A stretch of 63,572 nucleotides of DNA, the filler included. It is 5 parts of 5 records of this genome, joined end to end, with 100 filler letters (N's around TTAATTAATTAA, not from the genome) between each part and the next. Parts side by side here need not be neighbours in the genome. Positions count along the whole stretch, not along the records: positions 37,481 to 57,630 come from DRR723986_658; 4 more parts are not named here. The stretch is one strand, 5' to 3'. Position numbers and translations under genes: made by a program. Of this stretch, positions 37,519 to 47,751 are shown in pieces; the stretch's first letter is position 1, and each line of letters begins with the position of its first letter. Under the pieces are notes generated by a model, which ran no database searches, was not told where the DNA came from, and saw nothing but the letters and a program-made list of their open reading frames with translations.

Positions 37519-38520
37519 ATGAAAAGCGAAAATATGTCCAACCTCATCAAGAACGGCGCCATCTGGGGCTTTATCGTGCTGGAGCTGGTCTTCTTCCAAC
37601 TGGCTGGCAGCGTCTGGTCGCTGTCGGAAAGCGCCTTCATGGATCTCGACAACATGCTGCTGTTGCTCAAGCAATCCGCGCCCATCGGGATCATCGCGGT
37701 CGGCATGACGGTGATCATGATCAACGGCAATATCGACCTCAGCGTCGGGGCGATCTATGCCCTTTGTGCCATCGTCATGCTCGATTCCATGTCATGGCCG
37801 ATGATGGAGGGGCTGGGTGATTGGGCCATTCCCGTGGCCTGGCTTATGGCGCTTCTGGCAGGGTGCATGCTCGGACTGATCAACGGGTTGATCGTCTGGA
37901 AAACTGGCGTCGATGCCTTCATCGTGACGCTTGGGTCGATGCTCGGGTATCGGGGCCTTGTGTTCATGTATAACGGTGAGAACCCCACCTATCACCTGAA
38001 CTGGACGATGGTGGATATCGCAGAGTGGGATCTGTTCGGGGTCGAGACACCGGCGATGGTCTTTTTGGCGATGGTTGGTCTGGTCTGGCTGTTGATGACC
38101 CGCACGGTGCATGGCCGCAACGCCTATGCGATCGGCAACAATCGCGACGCGGCGGTAAATGCCGCAATCAGGGTCGGGCCGCATATCCTGATCAACTTCG
38201 TGCTGATCGGGTTCCTGGCCGCGCTGTCCGCCGTGACCTTCTATTCCGGCAGCGGGTCGGTGAACCCCAATGACGGTTTGCTGTTCGAGCTTTGGGCAAT
38301 CACCGCCGTGGTGCTTGGCGGCACCAAGCTGACGGGAGGGGCCGGGTCCATCATCGGGACATTCGGCGGTGTCATCGCCATCCAGCTATTGCGCAAGGGA
38401 CTGGGCCATATCGGGGCCCAGACCGAAACCGTGAACCTTGTGATCGGCCTGATCCTGATCGCGGTTCTGTTCCTCGACAAACAGCTCAACCGCAAAGGCC
38501 AAGAGGAGTTGAAGCTATGA
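37519..38520 (+). CDS. Sugar ABC transporter permease (RbsC-like)
   Basis: IDLSVGA, AFIVTLG, GRNAYAIGNN, ELWAITAVVLGGT.L.GG.G. Confidence 0.92.
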   Translation: MKSENMSNLIKNGAIWGFIVLELVFFQLAGSVWSLSESAFMDLDNMLLLLKQSAPIGIIAVGMTVIMINGNIDLSVGAIYALCAIVMLDSMSWPMMEGLGDWAIPVAWLMALLAGCMLGLINGLIVWKTGVDAFIVTLGSMLGYRGLVFMYNGENPTYHLNWTMVDIAEWDLFGVETPAMVFLAMVGLVWLLMTRTVHGRNAYAIGNNRDAAVNAAIRVGPHILINFVLIGFLAALSAVTFYSGSGSVNPNDGLLFELWAITAVVLGGTKLTGGAGSIIGTFGGVIAIQLLRKGLGHIGAQTETVNLVIGLILIAVLFLDKQLNRKGQEELKL

Positions 38521-40031
38521 ACACCGATCAGAAACCGGCCCTGCGGCTGGAAGGCATCGTTAAGACCTTCCCCGGTGTGCGCGCTTTGGATGGCGTCAGT
38601 TTCGAGGTCTATCCCGGTGAGGTCCACGCCCTGATGGGCGAAAACGGTGCGGGCAAATCCACGCTGATGAAGGTGCTTGGCGGCATCTACCAGCCCGACG
38701 AAGGCAGGATTTACGTGGACGAGACCGAAACCGTCATGACTTCGCCGCTTCAGGCCAAGGCCAGGGGGGTGATGTTCATTCACCAGGAACTGAGCCTTGC
38801 CGAGGAATTGTCGGTCGCCGAGAACGTCTATCTTGGCGAGCTGCCGCGCAAGAGCTTCGGGCGCGTCGACTGGAAGACGCTTTATGAACGCACCGATGCG
38901 ATCCTGACGCGCCTGAAGGTCAGCTTCACCGCCCGCACCCGCGTCGGCGATCTGTCCATCGCCAATCAGCAGATGGTGGAAATCGCCCGCGCGCTGACTG
39001 TGGACGCCAAGGCGGTGATTTTCGACGAACCGACGGCGTCGCTGACCGACGCGGAAAAGGTGGTGCTGTTCGAGGTGATCGAAAGCCTTCAGGCCGATGG
39101 GGTGGGGATCGTCTACATCTCTCATCGGATGGAGGAGATTTTCAAGATCACCGACCGCATTTCCGTCCTGCGTGACGGGGGCTACCGCGGCACCCTGACC
39201 ACAGCGGAAACGAACGAGGACGAGGTTACCCAGATGATGATCGGTCGCTCGCTCGATCTGACGCGAAACCATGCGCAAGCAGAGGTGGGCAATGTGGCGT
39301 TGGAGGTGCGGGGGCTGTCCTGTCACGACCTCTTTCAGGATGTCAGTTTCGAGGTTCGCCAGGGCGAGGTGCTGGGGTTCTACGGTCTTGTCGGCGCGGG
39401 TCGAACAGAGATCGCGGAAACGCTCTTTGGGCTGCGCGCGCCGTCTTCGGGGAAAATCCTTCTCAAGGGCGAAGAGGTTCGCATCACCTCACCCATTCAG
39501 GCGATCGAGCTTGGCATCTCGCTGGTGCCCGAAAGTCGTAAGGAACAGGGGTTGATTCTGGGCATGAGCTGCCGCGACAACATCACCCTGCCGCAGGTCG
39601 ATGACATGACAGCCGGTCCCTTCGTGTCGGACGGGGCCGAGATTGCCATCTTCGACCATTACCGCGACCGGTTGGAGATAAAGACTCCAAGCTGGCGCAC
39701 CGCCGTCGGTAACCTGTCGGGCGGCAACCAGCAGAAGATCGTCATCGGCAAATGGCTGTCAATGCGCCCCGATGTGCTGATCGTGGACGAACCCACGCGC
39801 GGCATCGACGTGGGGTCGAAGGCCGAGATTCACAACCTGCTGCGCGAACTGGCCAAGCAGGGCTATGCGGTCATCGTGATCTCCTCGGAGATGCCTGAGG
39901 TGCTGCATGTCTCGGACCGGATCGTCGCTATGTACCACGGAAAGATCATGCGCAGTTTCGGGGCGGACGAGGTCACCGAAGACAGTCTGATTCAGGCGAT
40001 CTCGGGCATCGACAGCGGGAAGGCTGCCTGA
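38517..40031 (+). CDS. Sugar ABC transporter ATP-binding protein (RbsA-like, tandem NBD)
   Basis: GENGAGKST, DEPTA, LSGGNQQK, DEPTRGIDVG; ATG at 38517 overlaps permease stop. Confidence 0.95.
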   Translation: MNTDQKPALRLEGIVKTFPGVRALDGVSFEVYPGEVHALMGENGAGKSTLMKVLGGIYQPDEGRIYVDETETVMTSPLQAKARGVMFIHQELSLAEELSVAENVYLGELPRKSFGRVDWKTLYERTDAILTRLKVSFTARTRVGDLSIANQQMVEIARALTVDAKAVIFDEPTASLTDAEKVVLFEVIESLQADGVGIVYISHRMEEIFKITDRISVLRDGGYRGTLTTAETNEDEVTQMMIGRSLDLTRNHAQAEVGNVALEVRGLSCHDLFQDVSFEVRQGEVLGFYGLVGAGRTEIAETLFGLRAPSSGKILLKGEEVRITSPIQAIELGISLVPESRKEQGLILGMSCRDNITLPQVDDMTAGPFVSDGAEIAIFDHYRDRLEIKTPSWRTAVGNLSGGNQQKIVIGKWLSMRPDVLIVDEPTRGIDVGSKAEIHNLLRELAKQGYAVIVISSEMPEVLHVSDRIVAMYHGKIMRSFGADEVTEDSLIQAISGIDSGKAA

Positions 40032-40032
40032 C

Positions 40033-40902
40033 ATGAACGTCGGGTTCGCCGGGCTTGGACGGATGGGTGCCCGCATGGCCGCCAATCTGGCGGGCGCGGG
40101 GTTCGAGGTCATCCTCTGGAACCGCAACCCGGCCAGGGCACGCGACCTTGCAATCGCCACAGGATCGACCGGCGTGGACTCTCCACGCGCGCTGGCCGAC
40201 GCTGCCGATATCGTCGTGACCATGCTGGCCGACGATGCGTCTTCCGAGGCTGTTCACTTCGGGTCGGAGGGGCTGTTTGCAGGGTCGCGTGCCACCCATT
40301 TCGTCGAGATGGGCACGATGAGCCCCAACCACATCGCGGCCCTTGCCGGCGCCGCACCGGACGGGCGGGTTGTGATCGACGCGCCGGTATCGGGTGCCAC
40401 GCAAGCCGCCGAGGACGCGCAACTGCTGATCATGGCGGGGTGTTCCACCGACATGTTGACGCGGGTCCAGCCACTCTTTGACGCAATGGGCAAACGCACG
40501 ATCTGCCTTGGCCGCACCGGGGCTGGCGCGGTCATGAAGCTCTCGGTCAACATGCTGATCCATGGCATCAACCAAACCTTCGCCGAAGCGATGATCCTGG
40601 CCGAAGCAACGGGTATTCCGACCGGGGCCGCTTTCGAGGCGATCGAGGCCAGCGCCGCCTGTGCGCCGATGCTGAGATACCGCAAGCCGCTCTATCTGGA
40701 TGAGGCCGCCCATGAGGTGACCTTCACTGTGGCCCTGGCGCAAAAGGACATGCGCGTGACGGCGGAGCTGGCGGAACACCTGGGCGTTGCCCTGCCGCAA
40801 AGCCGGGCGACTCTGGACATACTCAACGAGGCGGCGGGGGCGGGCTATGGCGCGCGCGACATGGCCGCGATCCTGACCTACATGAGAGGGAAGCAAACAT
40901 GA
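40033..40902 (+). CDS. NAD(P)-dependent beta-hydroxyacid dehydrogenase
   Basis: GLGRMGARMAANL, DAPVSG, catalytic K in MKLSVN, KD motif. Confidence 0.9.
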   Translation: MNVGFAGLGRMGARMAANLAGAGFEVILWNRNPARARDLAIATGSTGVDSPRALADAADIVVTMLADDASSEAVHFGSEGLFAGSRATHFVEMGTMSPNHIAALAGAAPDGRVVIDAPVSGATQAAEDAQLLIMAGCSTDMLTRVQPLFDAMGKRTICLGRTGAGAVMKLSVNMLIHGINQTFAEAMILAEATGIPTGAAFEAIEASAACAPMLRYRKPLYLDEAAHEVTFTVALAQKDMRVTAELAEHLGVALPQSRATLDILNEAAGAGYGARDMAAILTYMRGKQT

Positions 40903-41606
40903 AAGCCGCGCTTTTCGTCGGCGGGTGGGAAGGCCACAGCCCGACAGATTTCAGTGACTGGTGCCGCGACCTTCTGCTGGCGAACGGCTTTGAGGTCGAT
41001 GTGTATGACACGCTGGAGCCTCTGGCCGCGCCGGAAACCCTCTCCGATGTCGACCTGATCGTGCCGATCTGGTCCTCTGCCAGATCCGGCCACAAGGAAG
41101 AGTTCGGCAACATGACCAAGCCGCAGGAAGACGGGCTGTTGCAGCTGATTTCCGAAGGCCGGGGCATTGCTGGCTGGCATGGGCATATGGGCGATGCCTT
41201 CCGCGACCGGCCGACCTATCATTTCCTGATCGGCGGACAATTCGTGGCGCATCCGCCGGGCTGGCCCGACAATCTGCAACCGGTCGAGGATTACATCGAC
41301 TACGACGTGACCATCTGCAAACCCGCCGATCCGCTGGTCCATGGAATCAAGAGCTTTCGCCTGAAGTCAGAGCAATACTATATGCTCGTCGACCCATCGA
41401 ACGAGGTGCTGGCAACGACCACTTTCAGTGGCGATCACCTGTGGTGGATCGAGGGCACGGTGATCCCTGTCGTCTGGAAACGTCGCTGGAACAAGGGCCG
41501 GGTGTTCTATTGTTCCATCGGACATGAGTTGAACGACCTGAAGGTTCCGCAAGTCACTGAAATACTGCGGCGGGGCATGATCTGGGCGGCAGATCGCAGC
41601 ACCTGA
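40899..41606 (+). CDS. ThuA domain protein
   Basis: GGWEGH.P, GWHG, GGQFVAHP, SEQYY..VDP, GRVFYCSIGH. Confidence 0.85.
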   Translation: MKAALFVGGWEGHSPTDFSDWCRDLLLANGFEVDVYDTLEPLAAPETLSDVDLIVPIWSSARSGHKEEFGNMTKPQEDGLLQLISEGRGIAGWHGHMGDAFRDRPTYHFLIGGQFVAHPPGWPDNLQPVEDYIDYDVTICKPADPLVHGIKSFRLKSEQYYMLVDPSNEVLATTTFSGDHLWWIEGTVIPVVWKRRWNKGRVFYCSIGHELNDLKVPQVTEILRRGMIWAADRST

Positions 41607-41812
41607 TCCAAGCATGACCAAACCCCAGATACCTTGTCAGCCAGTTTGGCCGACAGAAGGCGGAGCTTGTCTCCGAACATCATGTCCAGCGAGAACGCGA
41701 TCGGCAGGGAGATCAGAATGCTTTGTCCCCAGACCTGCAGCCACGACCATGAGAATCCGAATTCAGCGAGGCTGAACACGCCTGACAGGGTCACCGACAT
41801 GAAAAACGACAT
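41507..41812 (-). CDS. DUF2798-like small membrane protein, possibly degenerate
   Basis: MSFFMS.TLSGVFSL...GFS..WL..W..S..I..PIAF pattern; stop overlaps ThuA gene by 100 bp, suggesting a lost native stop. Confidence 0.45.
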   Translation of the reverse strand: MSFFMSVTLSGVFSLAEFGFSWSWLQVWGQSILISLPIAFSLDMMFGDKLRLLSAKLADKVSGVWSCLDQVLRSAAQIMPRRSISVTCGTFRSFNSCPMEQ

Positions 41813-42290
41813 GACCAGAGAGCCTGAAACACTTTCTGATCGATCCGGCTCGCCCAGTCGAAGAGGTTCTTATAACCCGCCACAAGTCAACGCCCTCGCC
41901 GCCTATTTGCGCCGCGAGCTACCGGGTGTCATGAACGGGGGTGGTCGCGTTTAGCGAACCGTCCCATCTGACCGGGGTCGGTTTGTTGCATGGACTTGTC
42001 TCTCCTCAATGCGCTGCATCCGCGCGGTGAAGCTGCACCCCGAACCCCTCTTCGGGGCGCGGCGGCACGAAGTAGAGGGATATCTGGAACACGATCCTCT
42101 ACCGTGATCTTCTGGCGCGCCTGTCGCAGGACCGGCTACCTGGACCGAAGACCTGACCTGATGGCGTGCCGGGCGGAACATCTGGGTGGAGCCATGAACT
42201 CCCTTTTGCCGCGCGTGACCGATGTGAACGCTGCAGGGCGGCGGGTCATGTCGAACCCAATCTAGAGCTGAGATGCGGCGAAAGACGACA

Positions 42291-42330
42291 TTTTTACAAA
42301 ACTGTAAATGTCACGACACGCAACTGTCAC
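42291..42330 (+). promoter_or_regulatory. Tandem Pho boxes upstream of phnC
   Basis: Four half-sites at 11-bp register: TTTTTAC-AAAA-CTGTAAA-TGTC-ACGACAC-GCAA-CTGTCAC. Confidence 0.7.
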
Positions 42331-42373
42331 GGCATACAGACACAAGGACCCCGAAAACGCACAGGGGGTTCAG

Positions 42374-43192
42374 GTGCTCGAAGTCCGCAATGTCACACGC
42401 GTGTTTGGCAATCGCAAGGCGGTGGATGCCGTCAGTTTCTCCATCGACAGGCCGCAGTTCGTGGGCATCATCGGGCGCTCGGGTGCGGGAAAATCGACCT
42501 TCCTGCGCATGATGAATCGCCTCCTAAAGGCCTCATCGGGCGAAATCCTTGTCGAGGGTCGCGATATCCTATCGCTCAAGGGGGCCGAGGCGCGCGCCTG
42601 GCAAAGCCAGTGCGCGATGATCTTTCAGCAATTCAACCTTGTTCCGCGGCTGGACGTGGCGTCGAACGTGATGCATGGCCAGCTCAATCGCCGCTCGACA
42701 CTGGCGACGATATTCAACCTGTGGTCCCGCGAAGACATCCTGAAAGCGCTCGATATCCTCGACCGGCTTGGCATCGCAGAGCAAGCCCCCAAGCGGGCCG
42801 AGGCGCTGTCGGGTGGCCAGCAACAGCGGGTCGCCATCGCCCGGGCGCTGATGCAGGACCCCAAGATCATCCTCGCTGATGAACCCATCGCCAGCCTTGA
42901 TCCAATGAATGCGCAAGTGGTGATGGACACGCTCAAGAAGATCAACACAGAGGATGGCCGGATGGTCATCGCCAACCTGCACACGCTGGACACCGCGCGC
43001 CGCTATTGCGACCGGGTGATCGGTCTGCGCGACGGCACCTTGGTATTCGACGGTCCGCCGAGCGACCTGACCACCGAGGCCGCGCGTGAGATCTACGGCG
43101 CTGACGAGAGCTTCAATGAAGAAGCGACCTCGACAGCGATTCCCGGACAGGCCGCAACCCGTGTTCGCGAACTGTCCGTGGCTGCCCAGTAA
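42374..43192 (+). CDS. phnC: Phosphonate ABC transporter ATP-binding protein
   Basis: [47 protein letters not shown] at 42374 after AGGGGG. Confidence 0.95.
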   Translation: MLEVRNVTRVFGNRKAVDAVSFSIDRPQFVGIIGRSGAGKSTFLRMMNRLLKASSGEILVEGRDILSLKGAEARAWQSQCAMIFQQFNLVPRLDVASNVMHGQLNRRSTLATIFNLWSREDILKALDILDRLGIAEQAPKRAEALSGGQQQRVAIARALMQDPKIILADEPIASLDPMNAQVVMDTLKKINTEDGRMVIANLHTLDTARRYCDRVIGLRDGTLVFDGPPSDLTTEAAREIYGADESFNEEATSTAIPGQAATRVRELSVAAQ

Positions 43193-43247
43193 CCCGTTTA
43201 CCCCCCCGGGCCCCGTCCGGGGCCGCTCATCGCAACGGAGAGAACCG

Positions 43248-44156
43248 ATGAAGAAGCTTGCTGCCGCCCTGATCATGTCCACGGCCCTGACCGGCGCTGT
43301 CTACGCCGATGGCCACGCGATCACCGAATTCAACATTGGCCTTCTGGGCGGCGAGAACGCCCAGGACCGTCTGGCCAACAACGAGTGCTTCCGCGCCTAT
43401 GTCGAAGAAGCCCTAGGCGTCCCGACCCGCCTGTTCACCCCCGCCGACTACAATGGCGTGATCCAGGGCCTCGTTGGCGGCACGCTGGACTTCGCATGGC
43501 TGGGCGCTTCGTCCTATGCCGCGACTTACCTTGCCGATCCGGAAGCAGTCATCCCGGTTCTGGTCAAGACGAACCTCGATGGTTCGTTCTCGTACCACTC
43601 GATCGGCTTTGCTCGCGCTGACAGCGGTATCACCTCGCTGGAAGACCTTCAGGGCCGCATCTTTGGCTTCGGCGATCCGAACTCCACCTCTGGCTTCCTG
43701 ATCCCGTCGGTGGAAATCCCGCAAATCACAGGCGCCACGATGGAATCGGGCGACTATTTCGGTGAGGTCGTGTTCACCGGCGGTCACGAACAGACCATCA
43801 TCGCGGTCAACAACGGCACCGTCGATGGCGGTGTGACCTGGGCCGATGGCCTGGGTGACTGGGAAGACGGCTACAACTCGGGCGCGCTGCGCCGCGCGGT
43901 CGATGCGGGCCTGGTCGACATGAACGATCTGGTCGAAATCTGGCGCTCGCGCCCGATCCCCGAGGGGCCGATCGTGCTGCGCGCTTCGCTGCCGCAAGAT
44001 GTTCGTGACACCGTGACCGAGCTGCTGGCCACCCTGATCGAAGTCGACCCCGATTGCGCCTATGGCGTCGCCGCTGGTGAAACAGCCGGTTTCGAGCCGA
44101 TCACCCACGAAGCCTACGAGACCATTATCGCCGTCCGTCAGGCACAGATGAACTGA
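43248..44156 (+). CDS. phnD: Phosphonate ABC transporter substrate-binding protein
   Basis: Signal peptide, DYNGVI, DPNSTSG.L.P, GGHE. Confidence 0.95.
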   Translation: MKKLAAALIMSTALTGAVYADGHAITEFNIGLLGGENAQDRLANNECFRAYVEEALGVPTRLFTPADYNGVIQGLVGGTLDFAWLGASSYAATYLADPEAVIPVLVKTNLDGSFSYHSIGFARADSGITSLEDLQGRIFGFGDPNSTSGFLIPSVEIPQITGATMESGDYFGEVVFTGGHEQTIIAVNNGTVDGGVTWADGLGDWEDGYNSGALRRAVDAGLVDMNDLVEIWRSRPIPEGPIVLRASLPQDVRDTVTELLATLIEVDPDCAYGVAAGETAGFEPITHEAYETIIAVRQAQMN

Positions 44157-44162
44157 TCCCTC

Positions 44163-44193
44163 GCCGGGTCCCGCCACCCATGCGGGACCCGGC
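44163..44193 (+). terminator. 12-bp stem-loop after phnD (probable mRNA-stabilising hairpin)
   Basis: GCCGGGTCCCGC-N7-GCGGGACCCGGC without a U-tract. Confidence 0.6.
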
Positions 44194-44215
44194 CCCCCTT
44201 ATTCCCGGCACCCTC

Positions 44216-45079
44216 ATGACCCTCAGCGATTCCGCCCCCCGCGGCACAGATTCGATCCGCGAGTCCTATCTTGCGATGACCCGCCGCAAGCGGATGTATT
44301 CCGGGATCATGCTGCTGATCTTCGTGGTCCTCTTCATTTCGGGCTTCCAGATTGCGCAGGACCGCAACGCGGGCGGGTTCATCGACGGTCTGCCGCAACT
44401 GCCGGATTTTCCAGCCTCGGTCTTGTCTGAAGCCATCGAGAAGGCGGCGAACCTGCCCGGCCATATCATCGATGTACTGCCCGCCCTGCTTGAGACAATC
44501 AACATCGCCGCAGTGTCCACCCTGACCGGCACGCTGGCCGGGATGATGCTGGCCCTTCTTGCCACGCGCGGGCTGGCCCCTTGGCCGCGACTGACCGGTG
44601 TGTTTCGCCGGGTATCGGATGTCTTGCGCGCGGTGCCCGAGATCGTCGTGGCACTGGTGTTGATCTTTGTATTGGGTGGCGGACCCGTGCCCGCAGCCAT
44701 CGCCATCGCACTGCACACGGCAGGCGCAATGGGCAAGCTGTTTTCCGAGGTCAACGAAAATGTCGACCAGAAGCCGCTCGAAGGTCTCGCCTCGGTCGGG
44801 GCGACCTGGGGTCAGCGCATGTGGCTGGGTGTGATCCCGCAGGTCGCGCCGAACTATTTCAGCTATGCGCTGCTGCGCTTCGAGATCAATATCCGCGCCT
44901 CGGCAATCCTCGGCTTCGTCGGGGCCGGTGGTATCGGCTATGAACTGAAGAACGCCATGACTTTCGGGCAGGGCAAGCTGGACGAGGCGGCGGGCATCTT
45001 CATCGTGCTTTTCGCGACGATCGTCTTTTTCGATCAGATGTCCAGCCTGATCCGCAACAGACTGACCTATGGAGGCTGA
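44216..45079 (+). CDS. phnE: Phosphonate ABC transporter permease
   Basis: RAVPE, GKLFSE, RFEINIRASAILGFVGAGGIG. Confidence 0.93.
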   Translation: MTLSDSAPRGTDSIRESYLAMTRRKRMYSGIMLLIFVVLFISGFQIAQDRNAGGFIDGLPQLPDFPASVLSEAIEKAANLPGHIIDVLPALLETINIAAVSTLTGTLAGMMLALLATRGLAPWPRLTGVFRRVSDVLRAVPEIVVALVLIFVLGGGPVPAAIAIALHTAGAMGKLFSEVNENVDQKPLEGLASVGATWGQRMWLGVIPQVAPNYFSYALLRFEINIRASAILGFVGAGGIGYELKNAMTFGQGKLDEAAGIFIVLFATIVFFDQMSSLIRNRLTYGG

Positions 45080-46403
45080 GACCATGGCCGCAAGCGCAGC
45101 AATGCGGGACGACGTTCTCGCGCATTTCCGTGGCAAGCGCATTCAGGCATTTGTCATCCCGGGCGTGATCCTTGCCTATTTCGTCTACATCTTCTTCGCC
45201 TTCGACATTTCCGGTATCGCATCGCGCGCACGGATGGACAACGCGGTGATCCTGCTCAGCGATGCCGTCTCGCACCGGGTCCATGTCACGCGGGACAACC
45301 GGCGCGGTGAAATCGAGACGTCCATCGAAGGCTCGCGCCGCATGGTCTTCAGCGAAGACCAGCGCCCCGACTGGATCATGATCGACGGCGATAGCGCACG
45401 CATTGACCTGCCTTTGGGACATTCGGTGACCTATGACGGGCCGAACGTGACCTATGACCACCCCGAGTATGGGCAGATCCGCGTCTGGTCCGACGACGGC
45501 ATCCAGCTGGAACTGCCGACCGACAGCGTGCCCGATTGGATCAACGCCTCGAATACCCGCGTGTCGATCACAACCGAGGCAGGGCGCCTGACCATGACAC
45601 GCTCGCGGACCGAGACCCTGCGCTATGTGCCGGGTTGGGAGCTGTTCTTCTTCGACCTGTCCAGCCCGTTCTGGGGCCTGAGCCTGGGCGAAGTCTTCTC
45701 GACGGTGCTGCAGGGCGAGCGGATTGACCCGGCGCGCAGCAACCTGTCGCTGATGGTGCACGACTTCTGGTACAACGGAATCTGGCGGCATGGGGACGTG
45801 ATCTGGGCGCTTGGTGAAACGATCCTCATGGCGTTCCTGGGCACCTTTGGTGCGGCGATCGTGGCCTTGCCGCTGGCCTTCCTGGCGGCGGGGAATTTTG
45901 CGCCGTCGAGGGCCGTGCGCTTTGTCGTGCGCCGGATCTTCGACTTCGTGCGCGGTGTCGATGCGCTGATTTTCACCATCATCCTCAGCCGCGCGTTCGG
46001 CCCCGGCCCAATGACCGGCGCACTGGCGATCCTGACCACGGACACGGGCAGTTTCGGCAAGATGTTCTCGGAGGCGCTGGAAAACGTCGATGACAAGCAG
46101 ATCGAGGGGGTGCGTTCAACCGGTGCGAACGCAATCCAGGGCTACCGGTTCGGGGTCATCCCACAGGTGATGCCCGTCTTGCTCAGCCAGGTGTTGTATC
46201 TCTTCGAATCCAACACCCGCTCGGCCACGATCATCGGGGCCATTGTCGGCGGCGGGATCGGGCTGTTGTTGACGCAGGCGATCCAGACCACGGCGGATTG
46301 GAAGAAGGTGACCTATTACATCATCCTGATCGTGCTCATGGTGATCGCCATGGATCAGCTTTCGGGCTGGCTGCGGCGCAAACTGATCAAGGGCGACGCG
46401 TGA
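45069..46403 (+). CDS. phnE: Second phosphonate ABC permease with large periplasmic domain
   Basis: GKMFSEALE, FESNTRSATIIGAIVGGGIG; start 45069 or 45084. Confidence 0.92.
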   Translation: MEAETMAASAAMRDDVLAHFRGKRIQAFVIPGVILAYFVYIFFAFDISGIASRARMDNAVILLSDAVSHRVHVTRDNRRGEIETSIEGSRRMVFSEDQRPDWIMIDGDSARIDLPLGHSVTYDGPNVTYDHPEYGQIRVWSDDGIQLELPTDSVPDWINASNTRVSITTEAGRLTMTRSRTETLRYVPGWELFFFDLSSPFWGLSLGEVFSTVLQGERIDPARSNLSLMVHDFWYNGIWRHGDVIWALGETILMAFLGTFGAAIVALPLAFLAAGNFAPSRAVRFVVRRIFDFVRGVDALIFTIILSRAFGPGPMTGALAILTTDTGSFGKMFSEALENVDDKQIEGVRSTGANAIQGYRFGVIPQVMPVLLSQVLYLFESNTRSATIIGAIVGGGIGLLLTQAIQTTADWKKVTYYIILIVLMVIAMDQLSGWLRRKLIKGDA

Positions 46404-47077
46404 TCGGAAAAGGCCTCTCCCCGGTGACCCATGTCGTCATCACCGGCGGCGGCCGCGGCATTGGTCGCCACATGGCTGAGCTGGCGCTTGAACGCGGCTG
46501 GCGTGTCACCGTGACCACCCGCGACGGCAATGCCCCCGAGGCCGCGGCAAAGGCGGTGGTCGACGTGACCGATCATGCGGCCTTGGCGGATTTTGCCGCC
46601 TCTATCGGCCCGGTAGATATCCTGATCAACAATGCGGGCATCATCGGCCCTGCGAGGCAATCGACGCTGGACATGGATTTCGGAGGCTTTGCGCAGACAC
46701 TGGCGGTCAACACGTTGGCCCCACTCGCGGTTGCACAGGCACTTCTGCCCAATCTGCGCACAGCGCGGGCAGCGCGCATCCTGTCGGTGTCCAGCCAGAT
46801 GGCCTGGATGGGCTATGCCAAGTCGGACCGCATCGCCTATCGCGCGTCGAAGGCAGCGCTGAACAAGGTGATGCAGGGGCTCGCGACCGATCTTTCCCCC
46901 GAAGGCATTGCCGTGGCGCTGGTCGATCCGGGCTGGGTGCGTACCGACATGGGTGGCCCCGAGGCCGATCTGGACCCCGAGACCGTGGCCGCAGGGATCC
47001 TGACGCTCGCCGAGCGACTAACCCTTCACGATACCGGCCGTTTCTTTCGCTACGACGGCCAGCAGCGCGAGTTCTGA
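46400..47077 (+). CDS. Short-chain dehydrogenase/reductase
   Basis: TGGGRGIG, NNAG, YRASK, PGWVRTDMGG; GTGA overlap with phnE stop. Confidence 0.9.
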   Translation: MIGKGLSPVTHVVITGGGRGIGRHMAELALERGWRVTVTTRDGNAPEAAAKAVVDVTDHAALADFAASIGPVDILINNAGIIGPARQSTLDMDFGGFAQTLAVNTLAPLAVAQALLPNLRTARAARILSVSSQMAWMGYAKSDRIAYRASKAALNKVMQGLATDLSPEGIAVALVDPGWVRTDMGGPEADLDPETVAAGILTLAERLTLHDTGRFFRYDGQQREF

Positions 47078-47079
47078 CA

Positions 47080-47697
47080 ATGACCAAGCTTACCGCCAAC
47101 GATCCGCATATCCACCCGGATTGCGAAATTTCCAACAGCAGCTTCGGAGCTTATTGCGAGGTCGGGCGCGGCAGCCGTATCCTGAATTCGGAATTCGGCG
47201 ACTACGCCTATTGCGACCGCTATGCGGATATCGCCAATTGCACCGTCGGCAAGTTCGCCAATATTGCCGCCTTTACGCGGATCGGGCCCACGGATCATCC
47301 GATGGCCAATGCCGCACAGCATCATTTCCTGTATCGGTCGGCGGACTACTGGGATGACGCTGCGAATGACGCGGCCTTCTTCGGCCATCGCGCCTCGCGC
47401 CGTTGCATGCTGGGCCATGACTGCTGGATCGGCCATGGCGCCATCATCATGCCCGAGGTGACACTGGGCATCGGGGCCATTGCCGCCGCGGGTGCGGTTG
47501 TCACCCGCGACGTGCCGCCCTTCATGATCGTCGCCGGGGTTCCGGCGCGGCCGGTCCGGGCACGGTTCTCCGACGCGGTGATCGAGCGGCTGCTGGCACT
47601 GGCTTGGTGGGACTGGCCCCACGACCGCCTGCGCGCGGCGCTCGATGATTTTCGCGCCCTGCCGGCAGAAGCGTTCCTGGAAGCCTACGGCGGGTAG
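47080..47697 (+). CDS. Phosphonate-associated hexapeptide-repeat acetyltransferase (Vat/CatB-like)
   Basis: GHDCWIGHGA, AAGAVVTRDV, GVPA, LAWWDW. Confidence 0.9.
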   Translation: MTKLTANDPHIHPDCEISNSSFGAYCEVGRGSRILNSEFGDYAYCDRYADIANCTVGKFANIAAFTRIGPTDHPMANAAQHHFLYRSADYWDDAANDAAFFGHRASRRCMLGHDCWIGHGAIIMPEVTLGIGAIAAAGAVVTRDVPPFMIVAGVPARPVRARFSDAVIERLLALAWWDWPHDRLRAALDDFRALPAEAFLEAYGG

Positions 47698-47751
47698 AAA
47701 AGCGACGCGCAAGCGCGCAGCCTACAGAACCGCGCCGGGTGGTGGCCGCGG

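Noticed and set aside
41880-42270. Possible gene or ncRNA upstream of phnC
   Set aside because: Only short ORFs with no recognisable motif or convincing structure; possibly pseudogene debris
47080-47697. Chloramphenicol or streptogramin resistance gene
   Set aside because: Context and N-terminal extension fit the phosphonate-associated hexapeptide transferase family
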